Shown: positions 9,313 through 18,338 of the stretch, piece after piece
Layout: each line of letters starts with the position of its first letter
How positions within the stretch are numbered: the first letter of the stretch is position 1
Source of the DNA: Pendulispora albinea
GTDB lineage: Bacteria; Myxococcota_A; Polyangia; Polyangiales; Polyangiaceae
Reading direction: 5' to 3' (one strand)
Length of the DNA stretch: 32,000 nucleotides
Assembly: GCF_037157815.1 (NCBI RefSeq)
Contig: NZ_CP089984.1
The notes under the pieces: generated by a model
The model's database searches: none
The model's input: the letters and a program-made list of their open reading frames with translations, nothing else
Told to the model about the DNA's origin: nothing
Program-made: the position numbers and the translations under genes

Positions 9313-9554
9313 TTTCGAACTTTCTCGACATCGCGACCCCGGCGAGCCACCACGGTGCACAGGCACGGATTTTGGAATTCGTCGGGCCGCTTTCGCGGTG
9401 ATGCTCACATGAAGTCGAGACCACATCACTTGGAGCTTGAAACCGCAAGGCACTTACAAGATTCGCTCATGCAGTGACTCGGAGTACCTGCAGGTCCGCT
9501 CGTGTGACGTATCCCGCCCTTTCTTACAATCCACCCTCGCTACGGAGGCTCCCC

Positions 9555-11069
9555 ATGACGTCCAGCGTTCTCGGATCATCCATCGCTACGTTTGCCCTCG
9601 TCGTCCTCGGAGCTGCGTCGACCAGCGCGTGCGACCGAATTTCGGGGACCGACGAGCAGCCATCTCCTCTGGTGAACGATGGGGGACAGGATCGTCGATG
9701 CCGGCCGCCATCCGCGCAAAACGCCTCGGGCCCGAACCGTGCGCCCGCTCTCAAGGTTCGATCGGTGTTGACGCTCACGGGTCCCGCTTCGGAAATGGCA
9801 ATCCCATACAGTTTTGCGATTCATGACTACTTTCGCGAGTTGAATGAGAGCGGCGGGATCCGAGGCTGCCCGATCGATTACGATCTGCGGGATGACGCCT
9901 ACGATGTCACCAAGGCACAAGCCATTTGGGACCTCTGGAAGGCGGCGCCCGATTGGGACGAAGTGGTTCAGGTCATGACCTGGGGTGACGATGCGACGCT
10001 CAACCTTTCCCCGCAAGCCACTCAGGAAGGAAAGCCGCTCGTCAGCGGCTCGCATGCAGGGCTCCTTGCCTCACCGCGCCCCATCGACGTGATCGTCGAC
10101 GTCCCAGACGTCGGAGCGAATTTTCAGGAAGCGCTATTGCCGCAGCAGTTCAAGAGCCCGGGCTTCCCGAACAACTTCTTCGCCAGCACGGACGACTCGA
10201 CGAGCGCTCGGGGTGCGGTGTTTCACGTAAGGCAGAACCAGGCCAAACGCCTGGGGTTCTTTTACTGCAACACCGCGGCTTTCTGTAGGAGGCCGTCGCC
10301 CGCCGCGCACGCGTACGCGAGAGAGATAGGTCTGCCGATCGGGCGCGATCTCTTCCTCGAGCCAAACGAGGACGAGGCAAGCTACCGCGAAAAGATCCGC
10401 TATTATTTTCGCGGCGAGATCGATTATAAAAAATCCCACCCCGACTACGATATGGTCGATTGGGTCTGGGTCGGGAGCTCACCACGCGCCATGGCGCTCA
10501 TCGCGAAAGCCGTAGCTTCCGTCCAGCAGGAGCTGCGCGCGTCCATGCCGAACCCCATCCAACTGATCGCCAACGAGCGGGCCTTCGACGAGGGCCTCTA
10601 TGCTCGCTGCGGCGCGGCTTGCGTCGGCAACGTGCATGGCGCTCTACCTTCCCTCGCCTTCGGCGATATGTCTTACCCCTCGCGGGAAATGCCAAAGGTC
10701 GTTGCGCTTTACGACAAGTGGCGCACCATCGACGGGTCGGGCAGCAGGGCGGTGTTCGCCGACGGGGTAAGCCTCGATGCGCGCACCGTCAATTACGTCA
10801 AAGGCTATGTCAGCGCGCTCGTGTTTCGCATGGCGGTCGAGCGCGTCCTCGATGCGGGCAAAACGGTGACGGCGCAAAATGTGAAGGAGGCCTACGAGTC
10901 CTTCGCGAGCGTAGGCACGGGTGGTCTGACCGAGAACTTGGCCTTCAGGCCCGAAGATCATCGTCCCCAAGGCACCGTCTACGTCTACAAATTCAGCCCC
11001 GCAGGCGAGCTGCTGAGCGAACCTCCTCCCCGCCTCACGAAGCTCGACCGATCATGGCTCGGATGGTGA
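9555..11069 (+). CDS. periplasmic substrate-binding lipoprotein (type I PBP, Leu/Ile/Val-binding-like), orphan
   Basis: GGAGG (9545-9549) precedes ATG 9555. Signal is MTSSVLGSSIATFALVVLGAASTSAC. Mature part includes ...ELNESGGIRGCPIDYDLRDDAYDVTKAQA..., consistent with the amino-acid-binding PBP fold. No permease or ATPase genes are adjacent. Confidence 0.6.
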   Translation: MTSSVLGSSIATFALVVLGAASTSACDRISGTDEQPSPLVNDGGQDRRCRPPSAQNASGPNRAPALKVRSVLTLTGPASEMAIPYSFAIHDYFRELNESGGIRGCPIDYDLRDDAYDVTKAQAIWDLWKAAPDWDEVVQVMTWGDDATLNLSPQATQEGKPLVSGSHAGLLASPRPIDVIVDVPDVGANFQEALLPQQFKSPGFPNNFFASTDDSTSARGAVFHVRQNQAKRLGFFYCNTAAFCRRPSPAAHAYAREIGLPIGRDLFLEPNEDEASYREKIRYYFRGEIDYKKSHPDYDMVDWVWVGSSPRAMALIAKAVASVQQELRASMPNPIQLIANERAFDEGLYARCGAACVGNVHGALPSLAFGDMSYPSREMPKVVALYDKWRTIDGSGSRAVFADGVSLDARTVNYVKGYVSALVFRMAVERVLDAGKTVTAQNVKEAYESFASVGTGGLTENLAFRPEDHRPQGTVYVYKFSPAGELLSEPPPRLTKLDRSWLGW

Positions 11070-11273
11070 CCACGTCGCCCCACCGCGCCATCGCGACACG
11101 TCGATGATGGCGCCCCCCCATCCGCCCGCGCCGCCCGCCGGACGGTGTAGGGCTGGGTCGCGGGCGGCATCCGGCTCGCGTGCTTCGCCCTCGTCATGGT
11201 CCCGTGATCGCCGTCAGCTTGCTCGCCGCCTCGACGGAGACGAATGGGCGACACGCGAGCCCGCGCCACGACG

Positions 11274-12209
11274 TCAGAGACCGAAGGTGAAGAACGGCTG
11301 ACACTTCAGCGGCGCGGCGTTCTCGGGATCCAGCGCCCGCAGCACCAACTGCGTGACATTGGGATCGATGGCCAAGCCCAAGTGGCCGCTGAAATCCTGC
11401 GAACAGGCGTCCTGCAGCACGATGTTGGTCACATTCGCCGCCTGGAGCACCCCGCTGGTATACGGGGTTACCACTTGGTCGTGGCGTGAGACGATGTTCG
11501 TGTAAATAGGCCCGGCCACCGCGACCCCGCCCGCGTTGAGCTTTTGCATGAACGGCGAGTCGGGCATGAACTCCAGACAAGACGCGCACGCATGACGGCT
11601 GAACAGATCGGCCAGACCGGGTGCGGCGCTCGTCAGCAAGCGAATCAAGGTCGAAAGCCCGCCGAGGGTGGTGCCCTGGTAGTTGGCGCCGAAGCCCACG
11701 AACCGTTTGACCTTGGATGCACCACCAAGGAATTTGACGTAGTAGGCCGGAACGGTGGTGCCCTCCGAGTGCCCGACGATGTCGACTTGCGAAGCGCCGG
11801 TGGCTGCAAGGACTTTGTCGACGAAGGCATCGAGCTCGGCGGCGCTCTCGGCCATCGAACCGATGCCGCCGACCCAAGGCCCGAGCACGCCGGTGCCATA
11901 GGTCGGAGAGAATACGCAATAGCCTTTGCTCGCCAGCTGGGGCCCGTGGAAGAACCAATTGCCAGCACCGGTCGCGCCGAGGCCGTGCATGAGCACGACG
12001 GGCTCGGGATGTTCCGCGGTCGGCTTGCAGTTCCAGTCGTTCGTTTGGGCGCTGGCCAGCTCGAGGGCGGCGGGCTCGGTGCCGTCGAGGACCACGATCG
12101 GCGCGGGGCCGGCGGCGTTTTGAACGGGATCCTCGGCCCCCCCAGCACTACAGCCGCCGAGCAGGAGCGCGAGCACCATGTATCCACCGGTACGTGTAAC
12201 GTTCGCCAT
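11274..12209 (-). CDS. secreted lipase/esterase, alpha/beta hydrolase
   Basis: GGAGG lies 8-12 nt upstream of ATG 12209. Lipobox LLLGGC. Oxyanion region VVLMHGLGATGAGNWF. Nucleophile elbow VDIVGHSEGT (GxSxG). Confidence 0.8.
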   Translation of the reverse strand: MANVTRTGGYMVLALLLGGCSAGGAEDPVQNAAGPAPIVVLDGTEPAALELASAQTNDWNCKPTAEHPEPVVLMHGLGATGAGNWFFHGPQLASKGYCVFSPTYGTGVLGPWVGGIGSMAESAAELDAFVDKVLAATGASQVDIVGHSEGTTVPAYYVKFLGGASKVKRFVGFGANYQGTTLGGLSTLIRLLTSAAPGLADLFSRHACASCLEFMPDSPFMQKLNAGGVAVAGPIYTNIVSRHDQVVTPYTSGVLQAANVTNIVLQDACSQDFSGHLGLAIDPNVTQLVLRALDPENAAPLKCQPFFTFGL

Positions 12210-12309
12210 GATCGAGCACCTCCAGGGGATAATCTACGAAACCGAGCCGAGCACCGGCTTGTACGAGGAGGCTGTTCTATTTGTATGAACCGGCTATTTT
12301 GAATGCTCA

Positions 12310-13077
12310 ATGCGGGAACCACTGCGATTCACTGCTTATTACGGTATGCGCCGATTCCTGCTGCTGGCGCCCACGTTCATCCTGGAGCCTCCCCGTCCCT
12401 ATCGGCGCCTCACACCGACCTTGCTCGTGGCGTGCAGGGAACCATTTTGGCTCGAGTGCGGCGATGACTCGTCCCTGTCGGCCCGTGTCGCACTGATAGC
12501 CCCGAAAGTACCGCGACGGCGCTTGGTGGCCGTCAACAGCGATTTGGCGATCTTCGACCTGCCGATACATTCACGGTTCGGCGAAGAGCCCGTGCAATCC
12601 CTCGACTTCGAGCGATTCACCTCGCTGTTGCCGGCGCTGGCGGAGGCGTTCGCGGGCAAGCTGTCCTGCGCCGGGGTCGATCGGCTGTTCGAATCGGCCG
12701 TGCAGATCATCTCGGGCCAGGCGCCAACCCCGCCGACCCTCGATCCGCGGATCGAGCGCGCGCTGGAGCTCATCGACGAGCTGCCCTTCGACGAGGTGAC
12801 CTTGACCGCGCTGGCGCGCCGTTTGTCGTTGTCCTCCTCGCGCTTGCGGCATCTGTTCAAGGAGGTCACCGGCAATAGCGTGAGCCACTACACGCGTTGG
12901 GCCGCGGTGTGGCGGGCCGTCTCGCTATGGTCGCAAGGACGAAAGCTCACGGAAATCGCGCACCAGGTCGGCTTTCACGATCTCGCGCACCTCGATCATG
13001 CGTTCATCGACGTCTTTGGCCTCAATCCATCGACGGTCATCAATCCGGAGAATGTCACGCTAATCCGCTGTCCGTGA
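12310..13077 (+). CDS. AraC-family transcriptional regulator
   Basis: C-terminal double HTH: LTALARRLSLSSSRLRHLFKEVTGNSVSHYTRW...KLTEIAHQVGFHDLAHLDHAFIDVFGLNPS. It is divergent from the lipase gene across a 100-bp gap. Start 12310 (ATG) or 12346. Confidence 0.8.
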   Translation: MREPLRFTAYYGMRRFLLLAPTFILEPPRPYRRLTPTLLVACREPFWLECGDDSSLSARVALIAPKVPRRRLVAVNSDLAIFDLPIHSRFGEEPVQSLDFERFTSLLPALAEAFAGKLSCAGVDRLFESAVQIISGQAPTPPTLDPRIERALELIDELPFDEVTLTALARRLSLSSSRLRHLFKEVTGNSVSHYTRWAAVWRAVSLWSQGRKLTEIAHQVGFHDLAHLDHAFIDVFGLNPSTVINPENVTLIRCP

Positions 13078-13246
13078 ACCACGTGGGGGAGCTTTCGACC
13101 TCGGGGGGTGAACACCAGCCGGTCGATCGACGTGTCCAGGCGGGGCCGGGCGACTTTAATCGGGAACCTCACGAGCCCGTCGTGACTCCCTTTGGCTGTT
13201 CCCCGTCCTACGTCCACCCGCACGGATGAAAGTGGAGATGCAAGCC

Positions 13247-13714
13247 ATGGCCCGACCCCTTCTATTATCGTCGTACGTCTTTCTTTGCTCCGCAGCTCTT
13301 TTCCTGCTCATGAACGGATGTGGAGACTCGAACTCACAAGATTCGGGAGCTCCGCCGACGAGCAACACCGATGACGGTGAAACGCAGGCCGCGCGAGGCG
13401 CGCAGCTGTACGGTGCGCACTGCGCCTCATGCCATGGGCCGAGCGGCGAAGGCTCGGGGGAAGCTCCTCCGCTCGTGGGCAAGGAGGCGCTTCCGTTGCA
13501 TCCGCGGTCCACACAAAGGGTGCGAACGAACCAATTCCACACCGCCCTCGACGTCGCGCAGTTCGCGGTGAGGACCATGCCGCCCAAAAGTCCCGGATCG
13601 CTCAAGGAAACCGAATATTGGGACATCATCGCCTTCGATTTGAAAGCCAACGGGGTCTCGGTGGCTGGCGTGCACATCGACGCGACGAGCACCGCCAACA
13701 TCAAGTTGCGTTGA
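13247..13714 (+). CDS. monohaem c-type cytochrome lipoprotein
   Basis: MARPLLLSSYVFLCSAALFLLMNGC signal/lipobox. A single CASCH haem-binding motif with distal VRTMPPK (likely Met ligand). GGAG lies 9 nt upstream of ATG 13247. Upstream ATGs at 13226 and 13238 are alternatives. Confidence 0.75.
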   Translation: MARPLLLSSYVFLCSAALFLLMNGCGDSNSQDSGAPPTSNTDDGETQAARGAQLYGAHCASCHGPSGEGSGEAPPLVGKEALPLHPRSTQRVRTNQFHTALDVAQFAVRTMPPKSPGSLKETEYWDIIAFDLKANGVSVAGVHIDATSTANIKLR

Positions 13715-13820
13715 TTTCGCTCCAGCGCGACGTATTGCCACGTGAAGGAGCTCACGCGAGCGCGTCCCGAGATGGAACGCGCGAGCATTGCCATGGCACA
13801 TCCAATGCGTTGCCGATGGC

Positions 13821-14870
13821 ATGACCACGCACCTGGATCGCCGTGCCCTACTCGGTTCGTTTGCGGCTTCGCTCGTTGCCGGCGTCGTCGGTGCTTGCAA
13901 GAAGGAATCGCCCCCAGCCGAGGGCGCCACCGCGTTGCCGCCGGCCAAGGTGACCCGCGACACCATGCCCATGCGCCAATTGGGCAAGACGGGTGTCGCG
14001 GTATCCATCGTTGGGCTGGGAGGGTTTCACATCGGTGTGCCCGAGGAGAAAGAGGGTATTCGCATCGTGCGAACCGCGCTCGACCGCGGCATCAACTTTC
14101 TAGACAATTGCTGGGACTACAACGACGGCGAGAGCGAGCTACGCATGGGAAAGGCGCTCCGGGACGGCTACCGTCAAAAGGCCTTTTTGATGACGAAGCT
14201 CGATGGCCGTACCAAGCGCGCCGCCGCCGAGCAGCTCGATCAGTCGCTGCGCCGCCTCGGCACCGACCGGATCGATCTGGTGCAGATCCATGAGGTGATC
14301 CGCGACACCGATCCCGCGCGCTGCTTCGGCGAAGGCGGCTGCGTGGAGGCGCTCACCGAGGCCAAAAAGGCCGGCAAACTTCGCTTCATCGGGTTTACGG
14401 GGCACAAGCACCCCGACATTCATCTGGCCATGCTGCGCGCGGCCGACGCCCACGGCTTCGCGTTCGACGCCGTGCAGATGCCGCTCAATGTCATGGACGC
14501 TCATTTCCGCAGCTTCGAGCGCAATGTGCTGCCCGTGCTGATCGACAAAGGCATCGGGGTGCTGGGGATGAAGTCGATGGGCTCCGGGATTTTGCTCGAG
14601 AGCAAGGTGGTGACGGCCGTCGAGTGCCTGCACTACGCCATGAACCTGCCCACCTCGGTGGTGATCACCGGGTGCGATTCGATGGGCGTCTTGGAGCAGG
14701 CCATCTCGGCCGCCATCGCCTTCAAGCCGATGGATCGAGCCTCGGTCGAGGTGCTCCTCGCAAAGACGCGCGACGCCGCCAAAGACGGCGTCTACGAGAA
14801 GTTCAAGACCAGCGAGAAGTTCGACGGCACCGTGCAGCACCCGAAGTGGCTCGAGGGCGCTCAGATTTAG
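13821..14870 (+). CDS. Tat-exported aldo/keto reductase (lipobox-like VVGAC)
   Basis: MTTHLDRRALLGSFAASLVAGVVGAC has twin-arginine RRxLL. The AKR core has an intact D-Y-K-H tetrad context (FLDNCWDYNDGESE, FLMTKL, LVQIHEV). Confidence 0.85.
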   Translation: MTTHLDRRALLGSFAASLVAGVVGACKKESPPAEGATALPPAKVTRDTMPMRQLGKTGVAVSIVGLGGFHIGVPEEKEGIRIVRTALDRGINFLDNCWDYNDGESELRMGKALRDGYRQKAFLMTKLDGRTKRAAAEQLDQSLRRLGTDRIDLVQIHEVIRDTDPARCFGEGGCVEALTEAKKAGKLRFIGFTGHKHPDIHLAMLRAADAHGFAFDAVQMPLNVMDAHFRSFERNVLPVLIDKGIGVLGMKSMGSGILLESKVVTAVECLHYAMNLPTSVVITGCDSMGVLEQAISAAIAFKPMDRASVEVLLAKTRDAAKDGVYEKFKTSEKFDGTVQHPKWLEGAQI

Positions 14871-14902
14871 CGCACGGCGCTGCGAGGTGCGGCGACGCGC
14901 GA

Positions 14903-15388
14903 CTAAATGCTTTTGCTGCTGTCGCGCGCCGGCCCTTTGACCTTTCCTCGTCGAGCGCGCCGCTTTTCATGAGCCGATGTCGATTTCGATTCCTTGGGCG
15001 GGCTCGGAGGCGGCGTCGCCGACGCGGGTGTGGTCGTCTCCCGCGGGAGGCTCAGGGACACGGGCGGAGGAAGAACGGGCATGGGCGAGCTCGTTGCGGG
15101 GACGCTTGCCTTGTCTGCAGCCGCAGGAGCAGGAGCAGGAACAGAAGGAGAAGCAGGAACAGAAGCTCCCGTCTTGGCTGCGCTGGTTGCAACGTGCCCC
15201 GAACGCGGCACGGAGGGCTTGGCCTTCCAATAGCGTCCGTGGGGCGCGGGTGATCGAACGGGCTGATGACCGGCAGGGCGCTCCGCAGCACGCGCAGCTC
15301 GCGCCGGCCTCGGGGTAGGCTCGGCGTAGGCCGAACCGGCGACGAGGCTGCTAAGTACAAGGGCACAGGAGAGAGCGAGAACGCGCAT
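14903..15388 (-). CDS. secreted Pro/Ala/Ser-rich low-complexity protein
   Basis: ATG at 15388 gives MRVLALSCALVLSSLVAGSAYA|EP, a signal peptide. The rest is a P/A/S-rich tract with a basic C-terminus. No family recognised. Confidence 0.45.
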   Translation of the reverse strand: MRVLALSCALVLSSLVAGSAYAEPTPRPARAARAAERPAGHQPVRSPAPHGRYWKAKPSVPRSGHVATSAAKTGASVPASPSVPAPAPAAADKASVPATSSPMPVLPPPVSLSLPRETTTPASATPPPSPPKESKSTSAHEKRRARRGKVKGPARDSSKSI

Positions 15389-15448
15389 GTGCACACGATA
15401 GTGGGCCATGCGGAGCGGGCAAGTTTTAGGCGGTGGTCGTGCGACCCA

Positions 15449-15793
15449 TCATCCACACGGGGGTTCCGGCGCGGCACCATCCGGCACTCCGGCGTCCGGC
15501 GTTTGGGCATCCGGCGCCTGAGCATCCGGCGGAGGGGCGTTCGGAAGATTGAGCACCGAGCACTCGGACGAAGTCGATATCGCCGGCGGCGGTGGACAGC
15601 AACGGCTGTTCGCGGCGCATCTGTCGCGCGCGAGGTGAACGCACTGCAAGCCGGATTGGCAATCGGCGTGGCCATTGCGGGTATCGCAGCGCTCACCTTC
15701 GCCCTGATTCGGCTCGGTGCAGGCGGCCAACGAAGAAGAAACAGCGAGGAGGAGGGCTCCGAACACGGAGATGACAAGGAAGTAGCCGCGCAT
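15449..15793 (-). CDS. small Cys-rich secreted lipoprotein with PDA(Q/G) repeats
   Basis: ATG at 15793 gives MRGYFLVISVFGALLLAVSSSLAAC. The mature part has 8 further Cys residues and the C-terminal tract PPPDAQAPDAQTPDAGVPDG. Confidence 0.5.
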   Translation of the reverse strand: MRGYFLVISVFGALLLAVSSSLAACTEPNQGEGERCDTRNGHADCQSGLQCVHLARDRCAANSRCCPPPPAISTSSECSVLNLPNAPPPDAQAPDAQTPDAGVPDGAAPEPPCG

Positions 15794-16088
15794 GGTGCTC
15801 GCTATCTGGGACGGTCCCGCGCGCACCAACCTATCGGCGCTCGCCCCTATTCCGCCGTGGGTCGATCATTCCGCGCCAAGCGGGAGACGTCGTTCGCACA
15901 CCCTCGAAATTGGACGAAATTGGCCAGCACCGCTCCCGCGCCGGCTCGGGCAGCCCGGCGTTCCATGGAACCAATCCTTCCGCGCGGAATACGAAGTTCC
16001 CGCAGGCGGAATACCGCGTTCCGCGCGCGGCCTTCGCATTTCATCGTGCAATGGGAAAAGTACGCGATACATATCACGAATAACGATA

Positions 16089-16104
16089 TGGAGGGATTTT
16101 TGCA
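16089..16104 (+). promoter_or_regulatory. candidate sigma-54 (-24/-12) promoter
   Basis: TGGAGGGATTTTTGCA has GG and GC separated by exactly 10 nt, with TTGCA at -12. It lies in an AT-richer patch 39 nt upstream of ATG 16143. The -24 element is TGGAGG rather than TGGCAC. Confidence 0.3.
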
Positions 16105-16142
16105 ATTACAGGCGTAACCCCTACGGAGGAGGGAGGGTACAA

Positions 16143-17300
16143 ATGAAGACCATGTTATGGAAAGACATCGTCGGGCGTGCGGCCGTGGCGCTTGGCGCGC
16201 TCGCCGTCATGCCGATGATCCAGGCCGGATGCCGTGCGGACGACACGAATGACGAGCCCCCGGGGGCGACCGCGCGCGGTGTTTATGCGCTCGACGCGAG
16301 CGAAGGCGAGATAGCGCTCATCTCGTTCATCGACGGTACGCGCTATTGGGTTTGGAAGAACACGCCCGCGTGCCCCGCGTCCGGCGATACGAACACCTGC
16401 GGCGAGTGGGGAACGTATGCCGTGACGGGCGACCAGCTCACCCTGACCGACGATCGAACGAAGGCTTCGCGATCGCTCCCCTTCCAACAAAGCACGGCGG
16501 TGAAATTACCGGCGCTCACGCCCGCGAACATGTCGGTGGGGATCCTCGATGGTCTGGTGGGTGGTGGCGGCTCCCTCGTCGAGACGCAAAAGTCCATTTC
16601 GGGAGAGGTCAGCATCGGGGGACGATCCATGCGCCTCCTGACCAACCCCGTCGAGCTCCTGACGAGGTGCGAGGCGCGCGAGGCAGGGAGCGGGGCGATC
16701 CCGGGGGCGCCGTCCCCGCAAGAGAACTTCGAGCGCGGCGTCTTCCGCTCCGGCCAATTCGCACCGGGCGGCACATACGATCCGCGCACGGCGGCGCAGG
16801 GCAACCTCTATCGCTCGGCCACCGCGACCTCGCACCACTATGCGCTCATCAGCGATCGGCTCCCCGCCGGAACGACCTGGGAAGAGGCCAACGCGGCGCT
16901 CCAACGTTTCAATGGGCCGACCGGGCCCGCCGTGCGCGGCGAGGGGGACGATCCCAATTCGACCAAGGGCTGGGTGGTGGACCCCGTTTTCAACTTGCCC
17001 ATCGGGTGCGTCACATTCGAGCGTGGAAACGGCTGGGCGCGGAACACCACCCAATGGAATCACCCGTTCATCGGCACCATTACACGTTACGTGGTGGACG
17101 GCGGCAATTGCACGTTTCGCATCCTCACGGTGGGCGAAGGCCAGGGCGGCGGCATCGTCAATCCGCCCACGACCACGGGGCAGGGTGTCACCGCGGGCCG
17201 CCACATCGCCAACGCGATGGGCGGACCGTCCATCTTCCGCGATCTCGACCAGAAGCTCATTCAGTCGGTCCGACCGGCCCGTGCCGGCGGCGGCTGCTGA
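16143..17300 (+). CDS. lipoprotein, unknown function
   Basis: GGAGGAGGGAGGG lies just upstream of ATG 16143. MKTMLWKDIVGRAAVALGALAVMPMIQAGC signal/lipobox. High GC3 throughout. No family recognised. Confidence 0.65.
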   Translation: MKTMLWKDIVGRAAVALGALAVMPMIQAGCRADDTNDEPPGATARGVYALDASEGEIALISFIDGTRYWVWKNTPACPASGDTNTCGEWGTYAVTGDQLTLTDDRTKASRSLPFQQSTAVKLPALTPANMSVGILDGLVGGGGSLVETQKSISGEVSIGGRSMRLLTNPVELLTRCEAREAGSGAIPGAPSPQENFERGVFRSGQFAPGGTYDPRTAAQGNLYRSATATSHHYALISDRLPAGTTWEEANAALQRFNGPTGPAVRGEGDDPNSTKGWVVDPVFNLPIGCVTFERGNGWARNTTQWNHPFIGTITRYVVDGGNCTFRILTVGEGQGGGIVNPPTTTGQGVTAGRHIANAMGGPSIFRDLDQKLIQSVRPARAGGGC

Positions 17301-17354
17301 GAGCCGCTCGCGCAGCTCAAATGTTCACGTTGGCTCACGCCGGCTCACGCCGGT

Positions 17355-18020
17355 TCACTTCGGGGCGGCAAGCAGCCGCGCGGCCAGTCCCGTAAAGACG
17401 GTGCCGCTAAAGATGTTGAGCGCCCGGGCCATACGACGGCTTCGGCGCAGCGCGGATGCCACGCGCCCCGAGAGCAGGCCGACCGTCGCATCGACCGCGA
17501 GGCCCAAAAGAACGAGCGTGACCCCGAGGATGAGAAACTGCATCGTCACGGCGCCGCGGCCGGGATTCACGAACTGCGGCAAAAACGCGACGTTGAACAA
17601 AATGACCTTGGGGTTGAGGAGGTTGGTGGCCGCCCCCTGCCAGAATGCCCGCGTACGGGTCGGCCCCGCGCGTCCCGCGACCGCGTCATCACCTTGCCCC
17701 AGGTCCAGCGCGCCACGGTCGCGAAATGATTTGACCGCAAGGTAAATGAGGTAGGCCGCGCCCGCCCAACGCAGCACCTCGTAGAGCGCTGGCAACCTCG
17801 TGAACAGCGCCGAAAGCCCGAGCACGGCAGCCATCGCATGCAAAAACGCGCCAAACGCTACACCGAGCGCGGCCATCAAGCCCGTCATGGGCCCACCGCG
17901 GCCGCCCATGGCCACGATAAACATCATGTCCGGGCCCGGGGTCACGCACAGGCCGAAGGCGGCAACGATGAAAGCGGCATAGGACGATGCGTCGGGCATC
18001 CCGGGCAGATAGTGGCGCAT
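17355..18020 (-). CDS. LysE/RhtB-family amino-acid exporter
   Basis: AFIVAAFGLCVTPGPDMMFIVAMG N-terminal signature. About six hydrophobic segments. LLNPKVILFNVAFLPQFV motif. Start 18020 or 17999. Confidence 0.8.
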   Translation of the reverse strand: MRHYLPGMPDASSYAAFIVAAFGLCVTPGPDMMFIVAMGGRGGPMTGLMAALGVAFGAFLHAMAAVLGLSALFTRLPALYEVLRWAGAAYLIYLAVKSFRDRGALDLGQGDDAVAGRAGPTRTRAFWQGAATNLLNPKVILFNVAFLPQFVNPGRGAVTMQFLILGVTLVLLGLAVDATVGLLSGRVASALRRSRRMARALNIFSGTVFTGLAARLLAAPK

Positions 18021-18094
18021 GGCCGCCGTGGCCAGGGGTGATTCACATGCCAGGTTGCGCGCGGAGGGAATGATGAGCTCCGCAATGGCGTTGG

Positions 18095-18266
18095 ATGGCG
18101 ATGGCTAGCATCGGTCATATCGCCGTGGGATGCCTCGCCGCGCGGCTGGAATCATCGGCCGCGATCTCCACGCGCACCCTGGCCGCGAGGATGGTCGCCT
18201 ATTCGACCTTGTCCTTGCTGCCCGATCTCGACGTCTGGGCCTTCGAGGCGGGGATCCCTTACGAAG
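18095..18266 (+). pseudogene. 5-prime fragment of a YdjM/DUF457-like membrane-bound metal-dependent hydrolase gene, cut by the IS21 element
   Basis: MAMASIGHIAVGCLAAR...STLSLLPDLDVWAF matches the GH...LPD(I/L)D pattern of YdjM-type proteins. The reading frame leaves native sequence at 18267, where the IS terminal TGTCAACGG begins. Confidence 0.45.
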
Positions 18267-18273
18267 TGTCAAC

Positions 18274-18317
18274 GGCCACCGAAAACTGACCCATCTCGGC
18301 CATCAAAAACTGACCCA
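18274..18317. repeat. IS21 left subterminal direct repeats (2 x 20 nt, period 24)
   Basis: GGCCACCGAAAACTGACCCA (18274-18293) and GGCCATCAAAAACTGACCCA (18298-18317). Confidence 0.8.
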
Positions 18318-18338
18318 CCCCGCCGCGATGGGGGGCAC

